In this document: positions 59,160 through 64,000 of the stretch, piece by piece
How positions within the stretch are numbered: position 1 is the first letter of the stretch
Layout of the letters: every line of letters starts with the position of its first letter
Origin: an uncultured Gemmatimonadales bacterium
Lineage (GTDB): Bacteria; Gemmatimonadota; Gemmatimonadetes; Gemmatimonadales; GWC2-71-9
Length of the DNA stretch: 64,000 nucleotides
Reading direction: 5' to 3'
Assembly: GCA_963779755.1 (NCBI GenBank)
Contig: CAVZZO010000003.1
Coordinates: forward strand, 1,568,001-1,632,000
Notes under the pieces: generated by a model
What the model saw: the letters and a program-made list of their open reading frames with translations, nothing else
What the model was told of the DNA's origin: nothing
Database searches by the model: none
Translations under genes and position numbers: made by a program

Positions 59160-59858
59160 ACAGGAGGGTATCCGTCATATACTTACTATTGGGAGGAGTG
59201 TTCAATCGACTGCGGCCCCATGAGTCCGGACCTGCCTGCACACGGCTGGCAGTTCATCTCGAGTAATCGAACGGTTATTTGGTCGAAGAGGCAAAATTAC
59301 CTCCGCAACACCGCAACGGACAGCCATGGCACACAGGCCGTGGCGGAAATCTACATCCCGTGAATTGCGTGGGAGGCCGAGGTCCTTCGTGAGGGCAGCA
59401 GGACGGCTACAAGGACTGAGTAGGCATGTGCGGCGCAATCCCGTCGTGGTAAGGTTGGCCTGGAAAGGCCGCCCCCCTCGTATCGGGTTGCCGAGCGGTT
59501 CTAGGCCCCATGGCGCCTGCCCTGGTGCTCAGAGCGTTGACCTTTCCCCCGGAATAGTGCCGGTCAGGGTCGCTCGTATCACTTCCATCTCCACGTAGCC
59601 GGCGGGCCTCCCAACCGGCTGGCCGCCCACGCGTCAGCGCTACCGATCGCTGTCGACCGCCAGCTGGGGTGCCTCGCCCATGTCCCCGGCCTCAAGTTCC
59701 TACCCGGCGGCACTTTTCCCATCTGGCCTCGGCCGGTTTCGACTATCGCCGCCCCGTAGCGCTCCGCCCATCCGTGTCCCGCCCCACCCTGCGCGGCGCA
59801 GCTGGACGGGGAGCTTCCACGGTTACCTTCCAGCCAAACTCTATCCCCGGAAAACCGC

Positions 59859-60515
59859 ATGCCCAGCCCCCAGGCCATCCTGTTCGACCTCGACGGCACC
59901 CTGATCGACTCCGTCCGGCTCATCCTCGACAGCTATCACCACGCGCTGGAAGTCCACGGCCTCCCGCCCCGGACCGACGAACACTGGCTGGCCGGCATCG
60001 GCACCCCGCTCTGGGCCCAGTTCGCCGAGTATGCCGCCGACCAGGCCATGATGGACCGGCTCATCGCCACCTACCGGGAATACAACCTGACCCATCACGA
60101 CAGCCGGGTGAGCGCCTATCCCGGCGTGGTCGAGATGGTCCGCGCGGTGCGCACGGCCGGTATCCGCACCGCGCTGGTCACCAGCAAGAACCGGGGCGGC
60201 GCCGAGCGGGGGCTCCAGGCGGCCGGCCTCACCGCGGAGATCGAAATCCTGGTCTGCGCCGACGAGGTCGCCAACCCCAAGCCCCACCCCGAGCCGGTGC
60301 ACCTGGCGCTGGAGCGGCTGGGCGGCATCGCCGCCGAGTCGGCCGTCTTCGTGGGCGACAGCGTGCACGACATGCAGTCGGGCCGGGCCGCCGGCGTCCG
60401 CACCGCCGCCGTCCTCTGGGGGCCCTTCACCCGCCGGCACCTGGAAGGCTGCGGGCCGGATTACTGGCTCGGGAGTCCCGAAGACCTGATTGCGCTGGTG
60501 AACGGTGAGCGGTGA
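59859..60515 (+). CDS. HAD hydrolase (PpaX/phosphoglycolate phosphatase-like)
   Basis: FDLDGTLIDS, VTSK, KPHPEP and VGDS motifs. Confidence 0.9.
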   Translation: MPSPQAILFDLDGTLIDSVRLILDSYHHALEVHGLPPRTDEHWLAGIGTPLWAQFAEYAADQAMMDRLIATYREYNLTHHDSRVSAYPGVVEMVRAVRTAGIRTALVTSKNRGGAERGLQAAGLTAEIEILVCADEVANPKPHPEPVHLALERLGGIAAESAVFVGDSVHDMQSGRAAGVRTAAVLWGPFTRRHLEGCGPDYWLGSPEDLIALVNGER

Positions 60516-60664
60516 ACGGTGAGCGGTAAGCGGGCTCGCTCCTCAAGCCCCGGGCGCGGGCCCGCTCACCGCTCACCGCTCACCGCTCACCGTTCCCCCC
60601 CGCCCGCTCTTGTCACAACGGCGCCACTGTCTATCTTCCGGCGTCCCGATCCTCGGAGTTGGGC

Positions 60665-61285
60665 GTGCGCCTGCTACCTCGTGACGAGCGCTTCTTCGAG
60701 TTGTTCACCAGTGTCGCCGAGTTGAACGTCCGGGCGGCCCAGGTGCTGCTGGAGATGTTTCAGGCCGACGAGACCCGCCGCCCCCAGCTGGTCGATTCCA
60801 TCAAACGCTGCGAGCACGAGGCCGACGAGATCACCCACGCGGTGGTCACCCGGCTGGACCGCACGTTCATCACCCCGCTCGACCGCGAAGACATCCACAT
60901 GCTGGCCTCCCGGCTGGACGATGTGCTCGACATCATCGACGGGACGGCACGCCGGACCTCCATCTTCCAGCCCGGCCCGGCACCCCAGGGGGTCATCCTC
61001 CTGGCGGAGGCAATCGGACGGGTCACGCAACAGCTGCTGGTGGCGGTGAAGGTGCTGCAGAACGGCAAGGCGAAGGTGGTGATCAACGCCTGCATCGAAG
61101 TGAAGCGACTGGAGGAGGAGGGCGACGTGATCTACCACCAGTGGCTCGCCCGGCTGTTCGACGGCGCCACCGACCCTTTCGCCGTGATCAAGTGGAAGGA
61201 GATCTACGACAACCTGGAGCGCACGCTGGACGTGGCGGAGGACGTGTCCAACGTCCTCGAGTCCATTGCCATCAAACACTCCTGA
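60665..61285 (+). CDS. DUF47 / Pit accessory protein
   Basis: EHEAD, FITPLDREDI, LEEEGD and IKWKEIY motifs; GGAG before GTG 60665. Confidence 0.9.
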   Translation: MRLLPRDERFFELFTSVAELNVRAAQVLLEMFQADETRRPQLVDSIKRCEHEADEITHAVVTRLDRTFITPLDREDIHMLASRLDDVLDIIDGTARRTSIFQPGPAPQGVILLAEAIGRVTQQLLVAVKVLQNGKAKVVINACIEVKRLEEEGDVIYHQWLARLFDGATDPFAVIKWKEIYDNLERTLDVAEDVSNVLESIAIKHS

Positions 61286-61288
61286 GCC

Positions 61289-62317
61289 ATGGACCGCACC
61301 GTCGTCTTTGTCCTTGGCATCATCGGCGTCGCGCTCATCTTCGATTTCATCAACGGCTTCCACGACAGCGCCAATTCCATCGCCACCGTCGTCTCCACCC
61401 GGGTCCTGAGCCCCGGGGTGGCGGTGCTCTGGGCCGCCTTCTTCAACTTCGTCGCCGCGTTCACCGTCGGCACCGCGGTGGCCAAGACCCTGGGGAAGGG
61501 GCTCGTCGACCCCTCGGTGGTGGACCCCAACCTGATCCTCGCCGCCCTCCTCGGCGCCATTCTCTGGGACCTGCTCACCTGGTGGCTGGGGTTGCCCACC
61601 TCGTCCTCCCATGCGCTCATGGGCGGGCTGGGCGGCGCCGCCATCGCCAAGGCGGGCCTGGATGCCCTGCAGCTCAACGGGTGGGTGCTGCCCATCATCT
61701 TCATCGTGGTGGCCCCGCTCATGGGACTGGTGCTGGGCTTCAGCCTCAATGTCGGCCTGAGCTGGGTCTTCCACCGAAGCAATGCCGGGAAGGTGGAAGG
61801 GCTCTTTCGCCGGCTGCAGCTGGTATCGGCCGCGCTCTACTCCCTGAGCCACGGCGCCAACGACGCGCAGAAGACCATGGGAATCGTGGTCGGCCTGCTG
61901 GTGGCCACCCAGGCGCACTTCGCCGGCGCCACCGGCCTGCTGAGCATCTTCCACCTGCGCACCGCCGACCACATCCCGCTCTGGGTCATCCTGGCGGCGC
62001 ACACGGCCATCGCGCTGGGCACGGCGGCCGGCGGCTGGCGCATCGTGAAGACCATGGGCACCCGGATCACCAAACTGCGGCCCTTCGGCGGGTTCTGTGC
62101 GGAAACATCGGGCGGGATTTCGGTACTGATCGCGACGCATTTCGGCGTGCCGGTCAGTACTACCCATACCATCACCGGCGCCATCGTCGGCGTCGGATCG
62201 GCTACCCGGCTCTCGGCCGTCCGCTGGGGCGTGGCGGGCCGGATCGTGTGGGCCTGGATCCTGACCATGCCGATGGCGGCGGTCATCGCCGCGCTGGCGT
62301 ATCTGGTACTACGGTGA
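61289..62317 (+). CDS. pit: PiT inorganic phosphate transporter
   Basis: GFHDSANSIAT, PTSSSHA, HGANDAQK and PVSTTH motifs. Confidence 0.93.
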   Translation: MDRTVVFVLGIIGVALIFDFINGFHDSANSIATVVSTRVLSPGVAVLWAAFFNFVAAFTVGTAVAKTLGKGLVDPSVVDPNLILAALLGAILWDLLTWWLGLPTSSSHALMGGLGGAAIAKAGLDALQLNGWVLPIIFIVVAPLMGLVLGFSLNVGLSWVFHRSNAGKVEGLFRRLQLVSAALYSLSHGANDAQKTMGIVVGLLVATQAHFAGATGLLSIFHLRTADHIPLWVILAAHTAIALGTAAGGWRIVKTMGTRITKLRPFGGFCAETSGGISVLIATHFGVPVSTTHTITGAIVGVGSATRLSAVRWGVAGRIVWAWILTMPMAAVIAALAYLVLR

Positions 62318-62358
62318 CCCGCGGTGCAGGGGCAGGCAGGCCTGACCCCTGCACCGGT

Positions 62359-63501
62359 TCACGCCGCTTGCCGCCGGCTCCCCGCCACCGCCCGCCCGTA
62401 CTGCTCCAGCAGGTCGTCGAAGATCCGGTCCCAGCGGCGTTCCTGCGCGGTGCGGAGGGCGCCCGCCGAGAGGCGCTGGCGCAGGGCGCGGTCGTGCAGC
62501 AGGCGTTCCAGGCCGCCGGCCAGCGCCTTGACGTCGCCCGGGGCCACCAGCCAGGCGTTCTCGCCGTGCCGGGCAAACTCGACCACTCCGCCCGCCGCTG
62601 CCGCCACGCAGGGAAGCCCCGAGGCCATCGCTTCCAGCAGCGAATTGCCGAACGTTTCGGTAGAGGATGGGAAGACGAACAGGTCGGACGACGCGTAGGC
62701 AGCCGACAGTTCCGGGCCCGATAACAGGCCCGTCAGGTGCACGCCGGGCAGCTCCAGCCGCTGGAACTCCGGCTCCATGGGGCCGCGACCTACCAGCGCC
62801 AGCCGGGCATCGGGCCGGTGGCCCAGTGCCTGCCATGCCTCGGCCAGGATGTGCAGGTCTTTCTCCCGCGCGATCCGGCCCACGTAGCTCACCAGCATGT
62901 CGCCCCTGCCCAGCCCCAGCCGGCGCCGGTATTCCTCCCGCCGGAAGGCGGGGCTGAAACAGGCCGGATCGACCCCGCGGGTCCAGATGCCGGTGTGGCG
63001 CACGCCGCGCGCCAGCAGGTGCCGCTCGTAGACCGACGAGGGGCACAGCACCACGCTCGCCTGGGAGTAGAACCAGCGCAGATAGCGCCAGCCGGCGCGC
63101 ATGACCCAGTCCAGGCCGTAGCGGCCGGCGTATTTCTCGTAGTCGGTGTGGGCGGAGGCGACCAGCGGCAGCCCCAGCTGCCGCGCCACCCGCAGGCCGG
63201 TGAGGCCCAGCGCGAATTCCGTCGCCACGTGCACTACATCGGGCTCGAAGTCCTCCACGTCGAGGAGCACGTCGCGGTAGCGGGGGAAGGCCCACTGCAC
63301 GTCGGGATAGAGAAAGAGCGGCACGCTGGGGCTGCGGTGGACCTCGGGCCGGTCGGCCGAGCCGTCGGGCAGCGGGTAACTGGCGGAATAGACCCGGACG
63401 GTGTGCCCCCGCGCGGCCAGCGCGTCGCGCAGCCGCGTGAGGGTCACCCCCACACCGCTCACCATGGGCCAGTACACTTCGCTGAAGAGAGCGATCTTCA
63501 T
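62359..63501 (-). CDS. GT4 glycosyltransferase
   Basis: SGVG, YVGRIAREK and ETFGNSLLEAMASG motifs. Start at ATG 63501. Confidence 0.9.
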   Translation of the reverse strand: MKIALFSEVYWPMVSGVGVTLTRLRDALAARGHTVRVYSASYPLPDGSADRPEVHRSPSVPLFLYPDVQWAFPRYRDVLLDVEDFEPDVVHVATEFALGLTGLRVARQLGLPLVASAHTDYEKYAGRYGLDWVMRAGWRYLRWFYSQASVVLCPSSVYERHLLARGVRHTGIWTRGVDPACFSPAFRREEYRRRLGLGRGDMLVSYVGRIAREKDLHILAEAWQALGHRPDARLALVGRGPMEPEFQRLELPGVHLTGLLSGPELSAAYASSDLFVFPSSTETFGNSLLEAMASGLPCVAAAAGGVVEFARHGENAWLVAPGDVKALAGGLERLLHDRALRQRLSAGALRTAQERRWDRIFDDLLEQYGRAVAGSRRQAA

Positions 63502-63503
63502 GG

Positions 63504-63747
63504 GTCCACAGATGACACAGGTGGCACGGGCGCTGAGATCACGTCCGCGGACCAGGCGGTTTGATCCACAGATCACGCTGATTGCGCAGATTGGTACCAG
63601 ACAATCTACGGCTCAGCCCGCTACCGCGCGAGTTTCCCGCGGCTCCCGGGGAAACGGGTCGGACTTGTGCACATGGAGGGATCCTTGGCGGCCACGGAAA
63701 GCATGCAATAGCTCGGTGTCATCCTGTCATCTGTGTCATCTGTGGAC
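63504..63747. repeat. MITE-like segment with perfect 17-bp terminal inverted repeats built on a 9-bp unit
   Basis: GTCCACAGATGACACAG (63504-63520) and CTGTGTCATCTGTGGAC (63731-63747). Confidence 0.75.
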
Positions 63748-64000
63748 TACAGGCCGATCGCCTGCGGACTCTGGTGCCGCACCGGCGGCAGCCCCGCCGC
63801 CTCACGGATCACGGTGGAGAACCCGCTCCAGTCGTATTCCTCCCGGCCCCGCGCCAGGGCTTCCACCATGTGGGTGCGGATCAGGCCGGCCAGCGGCAGC
63901 GGCGCGCGGAATTCGTCCGCCGCCTGAATGGCCAGCGTCACGTCCTTGAGCCCCAGCGGCATGGCAAAGCCGGCCGGGAGAAATTCGGTGGCGGCGATCT
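63747..64000 (-). CDS. NAD(P)-dependent oxidoreductase (3-hydroxyisobutyrate/6PGD family), C-terminal part
   Basis: PAGFAMPLGLKDVTLA...LPLA...DWS motif; runs off the window end. Confidence 0.8.
   Translation of the reverse strand, partial: IAATEFLPAGFAMPLGLKDVTLAIQAADEFRAPLPLAGLIRTHMVEALARGREEYDWSGFSTVIREAAGLPPVRHQSPQAIGL

Noticed and set aside
59364..59858. tRNA or ncRNA at the island's right boundary
   Set aside because: No cloverleaf, T-loop or other recognisable RNA motif found by eye; a covariance search is needed to exclude it.

Overview
High-GC bacterial chromosomal window. Hanks-type kinase-TPR proteins, the gene style and the short intergenic repeats suggest Gemmatimonadota (inference). 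Most genes are housekeeping or transport: mlaEFD, mutY, nadE, crcB, mntR-mntH, DUF47-pit, an ABC operon, peptidases and hydrolases. Four accessory signals stand out. (1) A compact putative RiPP operon at 7.25-11.15 kb: a 64-aa leader-core-follower precursor with two CxxxT motifs, a stand-alone HopA1/phosphothreonine-lyase-like protein, and an RRE-kinase-LanC fusion. This mixes class IV and class V lanthipeptide parts. A divergent transglutaminase-like gene and an overlapping kinase gene flank it. (2) Two four-helix-bundle (IVP/Avd-like) genes, each bracketed by its own inverted arrays of 7-8-bp tandem repeats. Many gene-less inverted repeat-array pairs occur across the window, some inside coding regions. 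(3) An adenine methyltransferase plus SNF2-like helicase pair. (4) A lower-GC island with a GNAT pseudogene and an IS256 element that lacks target-site duplications. Single-base frameshifts at about 10650 and 24146 may be sequencing errors. All functional calls come from motif recognition by eye; no searches were run.
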